Source: Toensbergia leucococca (lineage: Eukaryota). From it: a stretch of 64,000 nt of DNA. The notes beneath the pieces were generated by a model. It saw only the letters and a program-made list of their open reading frames with translations, did not search any database and was not told the origin of the DNA. Positions 36,140 to 48,003 of the stretch are shown here, one piece after another. The stretch spans positions 1-64,000 of the forward strand of contig JALDZS010000107.1 in assembly GCA_022813965.1 (NCBI GenBank), given 5' to 3'. Each line of letters begins with the position of its first letter. Position 1 is the stretch's first letter. The position numbers were made by a program, and so were the translations under genes.

Positions 36140-37689
36140 TCATAAGTATCTCGACCTGAGCGCCTGACTGATTGTACTCATCCGACTCGCAACGCTTCCA
36201 TGGTTCATTTCGTTCGCCAAGGCCTCCTCCAGCGCACTTTGCGTCACGCTCGCGTCGTCTAAGTCGCTAAAACTACTGCCCATACTTGGCGTGCCTTCGC
36301 TTCCTTCTTTAGCCATACGACGTTGGCGGGGAGAGATTGCATGGATCGGCTCTCCCGGCCGACGGGGTGACAAGGGATTTTGCAATGAACGTGGATTACG
36401 GGATTGGGATTGGGTGGATGAGGATGAGGAGTGGCCGGTTCGAAGTGAGGGTTGGGGATGTCCTTGCGCGGACGAGAATGCAGGGGCTCGACCGGAGGAC
36501 GTTTTGGTGAGGGCCATTCGGAGAGTGGCGCTTGAATCTGTAGGAGGGAGAGGATCAGCGGCGATAGGGTCCGAAAATGGGAGAAATGGTGGGGAGTCTT
36601 CGTCTTCGTCTGCGTCGGAGAGTGGCCCAAGAGGAGCTTTGGCGGTGGAAAAGCGAGGCCGACGGGTGAAGGCTCGGCTTCGAGATAGTGTGGCTGGTGT
36701 GTCAGAGTCGGATGATGAGGAGCTAGAGGACGATTCAGCTTTGGCGGAACGGGAGGTAGATTGTTGCCTTTGCTTTGGAGGGGGATCGATTGATCTGCGG
36801 GTTGTTTCGCGGCTTCTAGCGGTATGGATAACGGTTGATGGCTTGTCGGTTGGTACTTGCTGGGCCGTAGACGGGGAGGGCTTCTGTGTTTGATGTACTG
36901 TGTTCGTAGAGGAATTCCGCGAAGCTTGTGGGCCTGATAAAAATTAGTGTTCACTTATAGCACTGGCAAGATGGACGGTGATATACGCCTGGCTTGGATA
37001 GGAGTGGAAGGGGCGCTTCCCTCACTCCTAAAGTTTGGACTTTCCCTTGCACGGTTTGACAAAGCAGACGGTACTCGTGAGCCTGGATTGAGTCAGCGGG
37101 ACATAGTGTTTAAGACTTAGCAGGCTTACCACCGCTCCCTCCCCTTTTCATGGCATGACCACCTGCAATGGCGCTGCCGGAAGCGGATCCAGATGCCGGG
37201 GACGAGTCAAGAGACTGCCCCGGTTTGCTCACCTTCCGGAGCTGCGCTCTGACTTGCGAAAGCTGTCTCTCGTAGAGCCACGCCGCTTGTTGCAGCAGAA
37301 AGGGCAGCGAGACATCGAATTGGTCAGCCCTGTTTCATGACTTTAGCTCTTTTTTTCTGATTAGTAGAATCGGGATCAGCGAACAGTGAGTGCCCTAACG
37401 CTAATCAATAACCCTTTTTGTGTCAATAGCCGGATTCAGATACGTACAATCTACTTCGCGGCCCTTGGGAGCTCTTGATAGAATCTCCCATAACGCTCGA
37501 TCCTTGGATGAGTCCCAGTCAATCTGATTTTCGTTAGCAGAGATCTGGAATATATGATGCATGTAATGTACAGACCGGCGGAGGATCTACGAAGCCCGCT
37601 CGTGGAAAGGGTAGGCGGATAAAGACTGTGAAATGGCAGTCTTGTTCTCGTGGTGATGTGTCCAGCGCTTCGTTTCTTGTTGGAGCCAT
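36140..37689 (-). CDS. ATG29: Autophagy-related protein 29
   Basis: Hand-spliced: FTVFIRLPFPRAGFVDPPP | ..W-HSL-ADQFDVSLPFLLQQAAWLYERQLSQVRAQLRK; C-terminus SMGSSFSDLDDASVTQSALEEAL. About 6 exons including a 10-nt microexon. Confidence 0.9.
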
Positions 37690-37965
37690 CTCCGGACTTG
37701 AATAGAAGCAGAGATCAAAACTTATATCTTTACCAAAGCATCTCTACAGCCTTTCCTTTCTCCAAAAAAGGGACTCACAAGTTCTATAGACATAAAATAC
37801 TTCATTCTCGATTGATACCTGGAGATATTTGGAGTCTGGCGGATCATCAGCTTCGCTTGTTATTTTAGCCCTCCCGCAATCCCTCTGCTCCAGCCCGCGC
37901 CCCGCTTCTGCAGGAGTCATATTCCAGATGTGCAATAGAATAGAGTATCTTACATTTCTTTGAGT

Positions 37966-38616
37966 ATGCCACCGGACACGCCTTCATTTTCTCGTACAAC
38001 CTCCCCTGTAGATGACACTGACAGCGCCAAAAGAAGGACCACAAGCACCCCGGCATTCCTTGAACCGCTCTCCGACATCTTCTACGATTCCCCACCGCCA
38101 TCACCCTCACATTCCTCCACTACATCTCTCCAACTCCACGAGCCTTCTGACGTCCCCCGTCTGCGCACCACTCACACAACTGCTGGTTATCGTGACGGCA
38201 TCGCTGCTTCTAAAGCCCAGTCTATACAATCTGGATTTGATGAAGGCTATTCCCTGGGCGCGATACTAGGTCTGCGGGTTGGCTATGTGCTTGGAGCACT
38301 CGAGGGTCTGTGCGCTGCACAACACGCATTGGATGATAAGAAAAGGCTGTTGGAATTATTGACCGACGCGAAAGAGGGGCTGAAGTTGGAGAAGGTTTTT
38401 GGACGGGAATTGTGGAGTGAGGATGGGGTTTGGGCTTATCAGGTCAAAAGCAAGGAGGAGGAGGTTACGTTTCGAGAAGTAGTGGATGCACATCCCATTT
38501 TGAGGACATGGATACAAAAAGTAAGGGAAGAATTTGGAACATATCGTATTGACGAAGGGAGATTCTCTGGAAGCGAATGGGAGAGTGGAAGGCTCGATGA
38601 CGCTAAAAAGAGCTGA
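37966..38616 (+). CDS. YAE1: Yae1 (CIA adaptor for Rli1), deca-GX3 motif
   Basis: [45 protein letters not shown]. Confidence 0.85.
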   Translation: MPPDTPSFSRTTSPVDDTDSAKRRTTSTPAFLEPLSDIFYDSPPPSPSHSSTTSLQLHEPSDVPRLRTTHTTAGYRDGIAASKAQSIQSGFDEGYSLGAILGLRVGYVLGALEGLCAAQHALDDKKRLLELLTDAKEGLKLEKVFGRELWSEDGVWAYQVKSKEEEVTFREVVDAHPILRTWIQKVREEFGTYRIDEGRFSGSEWESGRLDDAKKS

Positions 38617-39107
38617 AGTAATCCCCAACGAAGCAGTGCTAGGGACGGCGAGGAACACCGATGACTGGTATGCTCGTACGCCATGTGTCTCCTCGAAAGA
38701 AGATCCCCGGAATGTACACAGCATCAAGGGGCTGAGCTAAGCTAGCTGCGGTATCACGAAGTTCCTTACATACCTCGAATGGATGATAGGGATTGTGGGA
38801 AGCCGGTATGCAATTGCCATGATCAAACTTTCAGGAGGAGGGCACATAGGACTATGAAGATGGCCATGGAAGATTGCCATTTTTTTCGAGATGCACCTTT
38901 AGGATTACCGCATAATCGATGAATTTGCCAACCGAAAAGCTAATATCAAGTGCCTTGATATCTTTGGAAATACAAGTTTCATAGCATCGTAAGAGGCATT
39001 GGCCATGAACCAGTCCATGAAACTCGAAGCTCTCAACACAATCAATGAACTCATCGGAAAGAGAAGCGCAAATGAGCTACTCTCAAACTTTGCCTCCGCC
39101 TTCTACC

Positions 39108-40088
39108 TTAGTTCCCACAGGAGAAAGCTCGATGAACCCTGCGGAACGTACTCGATAACCGCTGCATTGAAGGAGGTGACCTAGCTGTCTTCTCTTCCTC
39201 ATCACTATCCTCCCATACAGATTGCACAAGCTGTTGCGGGGGTTTCCGGCTTTCGCGATTAGCAATCGAACCGGGCAAAGATTGGGCCCTGACGTGGATT
39301 CCATCCAGCAGCTGCAATTGAAGTCCGCTTGATGCGCCGATTTGAGAGACCGAACCCGGACGTGCCGACTTTACTGGCTGCTGGTGTGACATGTGAGGAG
39401 CTTCTGCATTGGTAGATACTCTGTTTTGTGATTCAGTGATGGAATGTTTTACTGGAGGCGACTTAGACAGATTGTGCTTGACTGGGCTGAGAGATCGCCC
39501 CCAAAGTCCATGGTGGGAACTTTCAAGAATGAAGTCTTTTGGAGGCCACTTGAAATGATCAAAAGGTTCAAAAGAGCTGTAGGTTGAGTCTCCAGGAAGA
39601 GTCTCACTATCACTGATCGATCGAACCGGACTGGAAGGGTCGACTCTCGTCTTCTCGTCGTCGTTCTGTATGAAGAAAGCATGCGACGAGCCTGTGTTAC
39701 TGTCATCCCCGCTTCGCGATGAATGCTCGTCCTCGAAAGAGAGCCTGCCTCTATGCTGACAGTGCTTGTGTGAATAGTTCAGGATCGCTGTTTGTTCGCG
39801 ACGAGCCGGGAACGGGGTCTTCTTTGGCTGCGGATGTCTGAATTGTTGCGCCAGACCCGGACGTTGTAAGGGGATAGAATCGACAAAGTAATTGCTGTAA
39901 GGTTCATCACCGAATCCAGGAGATGGTGGAGGTGGGGGTGGAGGGAGATGGGGTGAGCTTGACCGTCTCATAAATAGCCATAGATCATCGTCATTGGTAC
40001 GGTCTAATACCGGTATTCCGAGACCGCTCAATGCTTGTTTGGCCGCGAAAGACGACTCGATGATTGTGAGAGGATTGGTGCGAGACAT
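39108..40088 (-). CDS. Hypothetical 326-aa Ser/Pro-rich protein
   Basis: ATG-started long ORF with no recognisable domain; ends SVWEDSDEEE...RAFSCGN. Confidence 0.55.
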   Translation of the reverse strand: MSRTNPLTIIESSFAAKQALSGLGIPVLDRTNDDDLWLFMRRSSSPHLPPPPPPPSPGFGDEPYSNYFVDSIPLQRPGLAQQFRHPQPKKTPFPARREQTAILNYSHKHCQHRGRLSFEDEHSSRSGDDSNTGSSHAFFIQNDDEKTRVDPSSPVRSISDSETLPGDSTYSSFEPFDHFKWPPKDFILESSHHGLWGRSLSPVKHNLSKSPPVKHSITESQNRVSTNAEAPHMSHQQPVKSARPGSVSQIGASSGLQLQLLDGIHVRAQSLPGSIANRESRKPPQQLVQSVWEDSDEEEKTARSPPSMQRLSSTFRRVHRAFSCGN

Positions 40089-41936
40089 GGTATGGGAGTC
40101 ACAAGATCAGCAAAAAGAAGTATTCTTGGTCAAGAAACAGAATTGAAAAATAGTTTAGGGACCTGCCTTATTCGATGGAGTTGTAATGATTCGCAAGACG
40201 CTTCCCCAGGTTTATATAGGTGCATCCACAAACGTAAAGGTCCAAGCTCAACAAAGCTTGGATGAGAAATGCAACAAACAGTCCCCGGATAGCCCTTCCC
40301 CACAAACTTTCCGCTGTCAAGTCGAAGCATCGTTGTGAATGATATTCATCTCACCACTAGTAAGTCTGAGACACATATTGCGATCGCAGCAAGGGCCTCT
40401 TTGACATAAGGTGTACGCCGCGAAGCGAGCCTGGTCTGTATCTCTCACCTCTGACATGGAAAACTCTGGGAATATTCGAGGATTCCATGGTAAATGAAGC
40501 GTAACGTTTTGGGAACAGTAGTGGATGAAGGGAAAGCACAATCCCGTACGGATATGATAATCAAATATGAAACATTTGCAAACAACATGTAGATACATGC
40601 CTGACATAGAAAGTGAGCGAATATGCTTGATCTTGTTGTGCTCCAATAGTCGCAAATGCTTTTACTCAACAGTGAGAAAAAAATACAATCGTTGGCCCAT
40701 TGTAGGCAGCGATATGAGGGAATGGGAAGGACCTCTTGATTGGTCGGGTGCCTTGTCTGGGATGAGCGTGTACCTGCATTTGAAGCGGTTGCCATTTCAT
40801 TACTCGAGTGCTCGTCGATTGTGCGAGGCAGAGGTACCTTACCGACCGAGGATGATGGAGCTAGTCGTTAGGTAGTCTTATGAAGAGGTCGTGTGAGAAG
40901 CGTGATTGGTGGCTTTATGGGTGAACACCCTTGAAGACGCCCAGTATCGACGCTGATGACGCCGTACTGTGGGTATTGGAAAATGACTGTAAGACGCATC
41001 GCCGCCATGCCGACAATATCGACCATTTTCACCTCTTTCTTGTTTGCTTAGGTTAGGCAAGCAGTCAAGATGCAAGATGCAGCGACTGGGAGATCGACGG
41101 AGGCTTGCTACCAAATTACAGTTGGCAGGGGGGTTCTGCCAACGCATTGAATTTATTTCCAGCCACTCGCTTTTTCTGCGCACACAACATCGCCGACCAT
41201 GAGGCGCTCTCGTGATACTATCGAGTCTTCGAGTCTTCGAGTCATCATGTCCGTATGGCCAATCGATTCTGTTGAACGTGTGCTGTCCTGAGTGCTTCTC
41301 TGTTCTTCGTCGTCCCAATATTATGCAGCGTACTACCGTCTCTGTGGCCTCGCAGTGACGAGCACTGCGAATGTCGCAACTCCCATTGGTGCCGATAGAC
41401 AATTCAGATGATAAATTGAAGCTTAGGACAAATCTCAGGTCGCAGGATAGAACTCACACTCAAGCTACGGGCCTTTCTATTACCGTCGATGGTCGAAGTA
41501 GAGCGAGACGACGACGGAGACAAGAGTGCGAACTGTACGTTTGACAATCTGATCATTGTAACTCGAGTCATACTCAGGCGTTTTGCAGACTCAGTCAAAG
41601 GATACCCGATCAGTCACGTTCTCTCGGGATACCACTGCCGTTCAATTCTTGAGATTTCTGCAACTGTGCGTATATTCGCCTAGCCATCGAATATCAATAA
41701 TTTGAAATTATTCGTCCAACCACCACAATTCCCCAGCCACTTCGAGTCATTCAATTCTCTCACGCTCCTTTCCCTTCTTGTCTGCTAGGTACTACAATGC
41801 TTACACTATGTCTGCGTAGACTTCACATTCCAGCCTCACCGTCTCGACCTACCATAACCTTGTTCTTGCGGAGGCGCATTGCAATTGCCTTCACTATCCT
41901 ACCACGTGAATCAACACCTCTAGAGCATCCTTCAAG

Positions 41937-44792
41937 TTGTCTTCATACTCCTCGTTCGACGCTGCTCGGCTGCCGATCCTGTCTCAACGATACCCTCAAG
42001 TCACTGACGAGCCCTACGAACCTAACGAAAGATTCACGTCAGTATCACCACAACGCCAGCAGCGTCAGCGTCAGCGTCAACCAGGATCACTGTCAAGGCC
42101 CTCGAGTTCATCGGGAAGCACGCGAACTCTCAGGCGCACACCAAGACTCGAGGCCCAGAACCTTCTCCGCAGTCACGCAGCATTTAACCAGGGACCTGTG
42201 AACCGAAGCCCAAACATACCCTCCGCCGACCCTATTGCAGCGCAATCTCCTCGGCATACTTCTGAAGACGACGACGGTTCAACCACACCTCGTGCAACGA
42301 GACAATCTTCTCTGGAATCCTACTGGCCGCGAAGGAGCAATCGCATCTCACGGCGTACAGCTTCTGCAATCCTTTACACCCTTGAAGAAGCTATTCGAAC
42401 CCCATTTCTTTTCACTCCTGATCTGGTCGAAGAAAACGCTTCGATGACGGATTTAGTGGCCGGAGGGCCGGGAAATGGTCGCGCACAAAATGGTGGAGCT
42501 GCGTCTGGGCCTGTCCCAGTGCCTCAGTATCCAAGTAGCGGCGTTCGAACACCTACAGATATCATGAGACAGCGCAGGGATCGAGAAGCAAGGAGGAAAG
42601 CAGAGAGCGACGCCAAGCAAAGAGAGCAGGAGGACGATGAACAGCGGAGGCTTCAAGAGGAGGCTCGATTGAACAGTAACAGAAGGTCCTCTGCTACTGT
42701 TGGGGTGGGAGGTACTGCCAGCGGGGGTGAAGATGCAACAAATCGCAGATCGAGGGGCGCTTCTGCGGCTCGAAGGTCAGGTGGCGAGGCTCCGATCTCC
42801 CAGGATACTGCAACCAGAAGACAGGGGGACCGCGTAAGCAGCAGTGGCATTCCTAGAGCTAATCCTTCTGCTGCAGCACAGCCTTCGACCTATGTGCCTG
42901 CCGGGGCCCGAACGGAAGAACAGCGTGGTGACATGGGAGACGTTAGTAATGTTCCGCAAGCTACTTCTGCACGACCCCGGGGCGCCTCGATATCACAAGC
43001 TCAGCCAAGGCCTGTACAACAACAAACTTCTAGAGCAGCTTCCGCGACCTATAGTACGCAGCAACAACCTTCGCAGACTAGGCAAGCTTCCGCAACTGGA
43101 GCAACTTCTCAAGCACAGGCAGGTCCATCGGCCGTCCCCTCAAGCTCTCAGCAAGCTTTACCCAGGGAGACGACGGGAGGCACACAACAGCGAAATCCTA
43201 ATACATCGTCATTCCCGCATGCTTTTGAACGATGGGAAACGCTATCATCCCATTGGGAAGGTCTTACTTCCTTTTGGATACGAAGGCTCCAGGAAAATGG
43301 TAACGAGATGAATCGAGAACCTCTTAATCAACAATTAGCTCGTCAGGTGACAGACCTGTCAGCGGCTGGAGCAAACCTCTTCCATGCTGTTGTCGAGTTA
43401 CAGCGGCTACGTGCGTCGTCCGAGCGCAAATTTCAACGCTGGTTCTTCGAGACTAGAGCAGAGCAAGAACGAGCTCAAGAAGAGCACGCCGGGATGGACA
43501 ATACACTTCGAGTCGAGAGGCAAGGACGGGCTGATGCAGTGGCTAATTTGGCAAGAATGGAGAGCGAGAAGAATAATGCCTATCAGATGAAGAACACTGC
43601 CGAGCAACTGGTCAAGGAAATGAAACGGGAGCTACAGATCTCCAAGGAAGAAGCACGGAGAGCGTGGGAAGAGCTAGGCAGACGAGAGCAAGAGGAGCGA
43701 GACCGTACCACATCATTACGGAACGGCGAGCCTACCTTGGTTGGTGGTGTTCAAGTAGTCCCTATGATGCAAGGAGCGTCGAGTAGACAAGCAAGCACCA
43801 ACCGCCCATCCACTAGAGACGGACCCTTGCCCCCCGGCCCACCTGTTTTCAGCGGCTCAGCAGGACAGCCAGAAGCCGCAGAGAGCCCGGTAGAAGGCGA
43901 GCCCGGCTATACTACCTACGACGCGGCACGGTCCGAGACAGACACCGATCCCTTCACAGAAAGCGGCCGAGGTAACCCAAGTCAGCCACTTCATCGCGAA
44001 CCAGACCTCCAAGCTCTACCACCCATAGCCACCCAGCCACGCCAGCAACCACCAAGCACATCCGCCACCCCGGCAGCTCAACCGACTCGAGCTGCTCCTC
44101 TCCAAGAACCCAACTCTCTCCCAACCGAATCGGCCCCCACTTCCTCCCTCCGGGGTGGCACCTACCTCCGCTACGGCCCTGCGGCTCCCACAACCGAACC
44201 ACCAAACCCATCGTCCTTCTACCAACACCAAGGTTCTGCCCTCCACGACGAAACCCAACCCCGCACCACAGAACCCGATGCGCGCTCCTTCGTCCCTTCT
44301 GTCGACGACACCATCAGCGAAGAAGAAGAATACGAGCTCGACGAAAATGGCGAACTCCTCCGTGACCCTCAAGGCCGTCCGATGATCTCCCGCCGCGCCG
44401 TTCTGGGCTCAGAGGACAGCGACGAGTATGACGTCCGCGAACAGATGGAACGTGAGCGCATGTATAGCCAGCGCTACGGCTCCGGCGTCAGCGGCGTAGA
44501 GTATGGCAGTGGCGACACCATTACTGCCAGCGGGAGGCGCGGGGAAAGACCTGCTGGTGGAATTTATGGAGGTGGCGGGTCTGGTGTTGCGCCTTCTGGG
44601 GAGCAGGGGGATTATGGGGGGCAGGGAGGCGCTCAGGCGGATTATAGTGGGAGTGGGTATGGGAGTGGGCTTGGGTGGGAGGCGGTGCCGAGGCATCATC
44701 ATCCGACGCGGTTGAGTGATGTTTTGGAGGAGGATGAGAGGAGTAGGACGAGTCCTAGTAGGGCCAGTCAGACTAGTCGGGGGTTGAGGTGA
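41937..44792 (+). CDS. Hypothetical 951-aa protein with central coiled-coil core
   Basis: 2.85-kb open frame. Ordered core SSFPHAFERWETLSSHWEGLTSFWIRRL..LFHAVVELQRLRASSERKFQRWFFE looks like a conserved Pezizomycotina family. First codon is TTG. Confidence 0.8.
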   Translation: MSSYSSFDAARLPILSQRYPQVTDEPYEPNERFTSVSPQRQQRQRQRQPGSLSRPSSSSGSTRTLRRTPRLEAQNLLRSHAAFNQGPVNRSPNIPSADPIAAQSPRHTSEDDDGSTTPRATRQSSLESYWPRRSNRISRRTASAILYTLEEAIRTPFLFTPDLVEENASMTDLVAGGPGNGRAQNGGAASGPVPVPQYPSSGVRTPTDIMRQRRDREARRKAESDAKQREQEDDEQRRLQEEARLNSNRRSSATVGVGGTASGGEDATNRRSRGASAARRSGGEAPISQDTATRRQGDRVSSSGIPRANPSAAAQPSTYVPAGARTEEQRGDMGDVSNVPQATSARPRGASISQAQPRPVQQQTSRAASATYSTQQQPSQTRQASATGATSQAQAGPSAVPSSSQQALPRETTGGTQQRNPNTSSFPHAFERWETLSSHWEGLTSFWIRRLQENGNEMNREPLNQQLARQVTDLSAAGANLFHAVVELQRLRASSERKFQRWFFETRAEQERAQEEHAGMDNTLRVERQGRADAVANLARMESEKNNAYQMKNTAEQLVKEMKRELQISKEEARRAWEELGRREQEERDRTTSLRNGEPTLVGGVQVVPMMQGASSRQASTNRPSTRDGPLPPGPPVFSGSAGQPEAAESPVEGEPGYTTYDAARSETDTDPFTESGRGNPSQPLHREPDLQALPPIATQPRQQPPSTSATPAAQPTRAAPLQEPNSLPTESAPTSSLRGGTYLRYGPAAPTTEPPNPSSFYQHQGSALHDETQPRTTEPDARSFVPSVDDTISEEEEYELDENGELLRDPQGRPMISRRAVLGSEDSDEYDVREQMERERMYSQRYGSGVSGVEYGSGDTITASGRRGERPAGGIYGGGGSGVAPSGEQGDYGGQGGAQADYSGSGYGSGLGWEAVPRHHHPTRLSDVLEEDERSRTSPSRASQTSRGLR

Positions 44793-45069
44793 TTGATTGG
44801 AATTTGTGCCTTTTTATATTTGTTTTTTTTCTTGATGGCTGCACCGAGCGGGTGGGGGCCACTCTGATACGGAGATGACGGGGTTCAAGCTGGAAAAACT
44901 GTTGCTGTTGTGTATTTATTATGAAGGCGTGGTGGGGGATTCTATGTGCTAGGGCGAAGCTTTTCTTATGGAAGGGGTAAAAGTTGCTGTGCTAGCATCG
45001 TGCGCATGTGAGATAGGGGAATGGGGGGTTTTTTAAACCTTGAGTATCTATAGAGGCTTTTGTCTACCT

Positions 45070-45900
45070 AGGTACTATGAGAATAGGATGATGTATATAC
45101 CGTTTCGTGCATAGTTGCGGGGGTTTCAATCGGTTCGACGATGGTCGTGAGGTGCATTTTTGATCGAGTGACGCCTTCGGCCCCCTGAATTTTGGGCTTT
45201 CAATTTTGCTGCCCGAGATTATTATCGGATCCGCTTGCTTCGGTTTTCAAACCACTCTATCCAAAATTTCCCACTTCTCGGATTCAGAATACCCTCGACT
45301 CATCACTACCGCCGTACAAGAATTGCTTTTCAACTTTCTCAAAGTATCCTCCTACTCGACCTGGAAGCTTTTTTTTTCGAGTTGTCCCGGATGACTACCG
45401 ATCTTGGTACTATCCTGAGTAATTTGGGGGGGAGAAAGACGCGGGAATCTAAGAACGTGAAGTTACGACTTATCTTGGAGTTTGACCAATTCCCATGGAG
45501 TATATATCTGTCTCGGGAATGTGGATAGTGAAACAGTATATACACCCCTCTAGACTTTTCTTATTCTTTCTCGAGGCAGGCATGAGAAAAGTGACTTTGA
45601 ACCTGCGTGATGACGGTTATGAGATCAGGGCTCAGTTGTATTTGTCTGACATCTGTAAATCGGAGGTTTTGGCGATATTTGAAGTCTAATTTTCTCTGGT
45701 TATCTGGGTTGGGAATTGTTGTTCAAAGTTTTGAAGGTGCTGATGATGATGGAAATGATAGCATTTATGTGAGTGATGAAGATGGGCTTTTTTGAAGCTT
45801 TTTGTTTGGAGGAGAGTGAGAGGTATTCTTTCCAAATATGTCGAGGTTGTTGAAAGTGAAGACTTGTGTTTTTCAAAAGCAATAGTCAGTCTTCTTCGGT
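45070..45900 (-). pseudogene. Decayed ORF remnant
   Basis: Minus frame MPASRKNKKSLEGCIYCF..SEKWEILDRVV is interrupted only by TAA/TAG/TGA codons compatible with CAA/CAG/CGA origins. Confidence 0.35.
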
Positions 45901-46640
45901 GATTTAATTGATTTTGGACAAGGAATAGACATGATGACTGAAGGTGACGACTATGGAGTTGGTCACAATGGCTACATCATTCACTTGTTCACTTCTTTGT
46001 CCAGCCTGCGCCGTTCAACTTTCCAAAGGTCTCGTCTTTCCTTTTCATCATGTTTATCAGACAGTGATCAAGTTGTCACCTAGGCTTTAAAACAAATATT
46101 CACGTCAGGTGATGGAACGTTTCATTGCCATAAAGTGCTCTCATACATCTTTCATCTCTATCAAATCTAGGCCTGAGAATCAATCTTCCAAATCTCTTCT
46201 GTAATGACGCTACTTTGAGGCCATCGATCTCGTTGTTGTCCATACAATTTTCGTTGATATCACTACCGTCTTTGTGGAAATCAGTCTTATCTGATCTTTC
46301 CAATCTTGGCAATATTCAGAGGGAGCGTCTTTCCAGTCGTGACTGCTAATGTGTTGATCGTACAGTCTCAGAGTTGGGGTGGAGCTGTTGCTCGATTTAG
46401 GTGGGTGACCGTCTCTCGATAGAGATATCGCTTCAATTTGCTAAAAGTCTTTTTGAGTGTGCTGCGTATTGGCTGTGCCGAGGACTTAGTGTATGTTAGT
46501 GATCTCGGGCTGTCTCCGACCTGCTGCAATAATTGACTATGCAAACTTAGCCAACACCTGATAGACACCTCCGTTGACACAATACTATTTTGAGGTCCAA
46601 TTTGACCTTGCTATAATTTTGAGTTTGCCCGTCGCAGAAA

Positions 46641-47750
46641 TTAGTTAGGACGGTGACCTTCGCGATAGGTTGATACAGGGTTGTCGGAGTAGCAATTCCA
46701 TATAGACCTCCAGAGTAAATTCAACGTTAAGTTGGAACTGGAAGTACGGGGTGGCTCAAGTTGCGACGTCCAGTCTGGATCCTTCGCTGAAATGTCATCT
46801 CCAACAATTCGCTCAGCACAAATTATCAACCACGATTCCTCGCCATATGTGATCCTCTCATACTTGAAATAGAAATTAGTCCAGCAGTCGGAGCAATACC
46901 CCATCTCTCGACTACCGCGACTCCTCAGGCATGTCCGTGCAGCGGCTATTATTTCCGGGTTACTCAACGTGAAGTGAGGACAGAGCTTAAATTCGATCCC
47001 AGGATGCACAGTCGGAGACACAGAATGTGCGTTCGTGGTACTTACTAAGCGTGCCCATTTTGGGTTGAAGTACCATAGGGATCTGCAGAAGTGCTTCCTA
47101 GTGATGATATCGAAATACCAAGGATGGTAATGAAGGCAGAGAACACTTGTACAGCCCAAGATTGCTTGTGGTAATCCAATACGTCTATCGTATCCTGGGA
47201 AGTCCCGTAAATAGTAGCGATTATTAATCAAGGGGGCGTACTGGGTTCACCGTCTGGAGGAAGAAGGAGCGCGAGAACAATTGGCCTGGGCACAGAAGTA
47301 AGCAGCGCTAGCAGTCAACGCATTTGCGTTGGTCGATGGGCTTCTTGCTCTCCTCCCCGGTGAACGCTTTACTCCTGCTTTGAATAAGCTTACATGAGCT
47401 ACAAATTATTTGTCTTTTATTCAGCCAGCCATGTCGCTCCATTGGACATAACAGATCATATCTCGTGTTCGAAGTCTTGCGAGATTGATAAAGGAGCACA
47501 GAGAGTGGTGGTCCGGCGTTGTGAAGGTTTCGACAGATGAGTTTTGAAAAAGTCACCGAGGGCAGGGGAAGGTAGTCAACGATCATGTGATGTAATTCGC
47601 GAGGAAGGTACAAGAAATTAGTAGATGCGAGTTCCGTAACATGCCCTTTGTGAGTGAAAACCTGCCTTAACAATGGAAGGATGTTTTCAAGAAAAGCGGC
47701 GGCAAGATTGAGGGGCGTAAATGATGACAGTGACAGTGAGAGCGTACATG
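46641..47750 (-). pseudogene. F-box-like protein pseudogene
   Basis: FLYLPRELHHMIVDYLP F-box-like motif, CSSC..RKC, LCPH, CSDC and KDPDW. Premature TAG at 47308-10, a frame change before 47231 and an out-of-frame ATG near 47750. Confidence 0.6.
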
Positions 47751-48003
47751 ATGAGAGTGACAGTGAAATTTGTCAATATAGAAACGGAAAACACAGCTGC
47801 AGCTTACCTGACTTACCTATATAATATAACATGACGAGTGTAAAGTATGGATAAAAGTACTTTTATATGTTGAGGATGAGTGGCATCAAGGAACAATGTG
47901 TTTTTATATCGCGCTAAGCCAAAACAAGCAACATCAAACTCGCCCGACCGATTCTTACATTTCACAAGCCGATCAAAGACCTCGCCAAAGACTCCATCAA
48001 AAT

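Noticed and set aside
40100..41900. Numerous 60-174 aa ORFs between divergent genes
   Set aside because: Mostly alternative starts, no motifs, overlapping on both strands; treated as intergenic.
47803..47817. CTTACCTG as a U1 snRNA 5' end
   Set aside because: Following sequence lacks the U1 stem-loops and Sm site; it fits the intergenic CTTACC motif instead.
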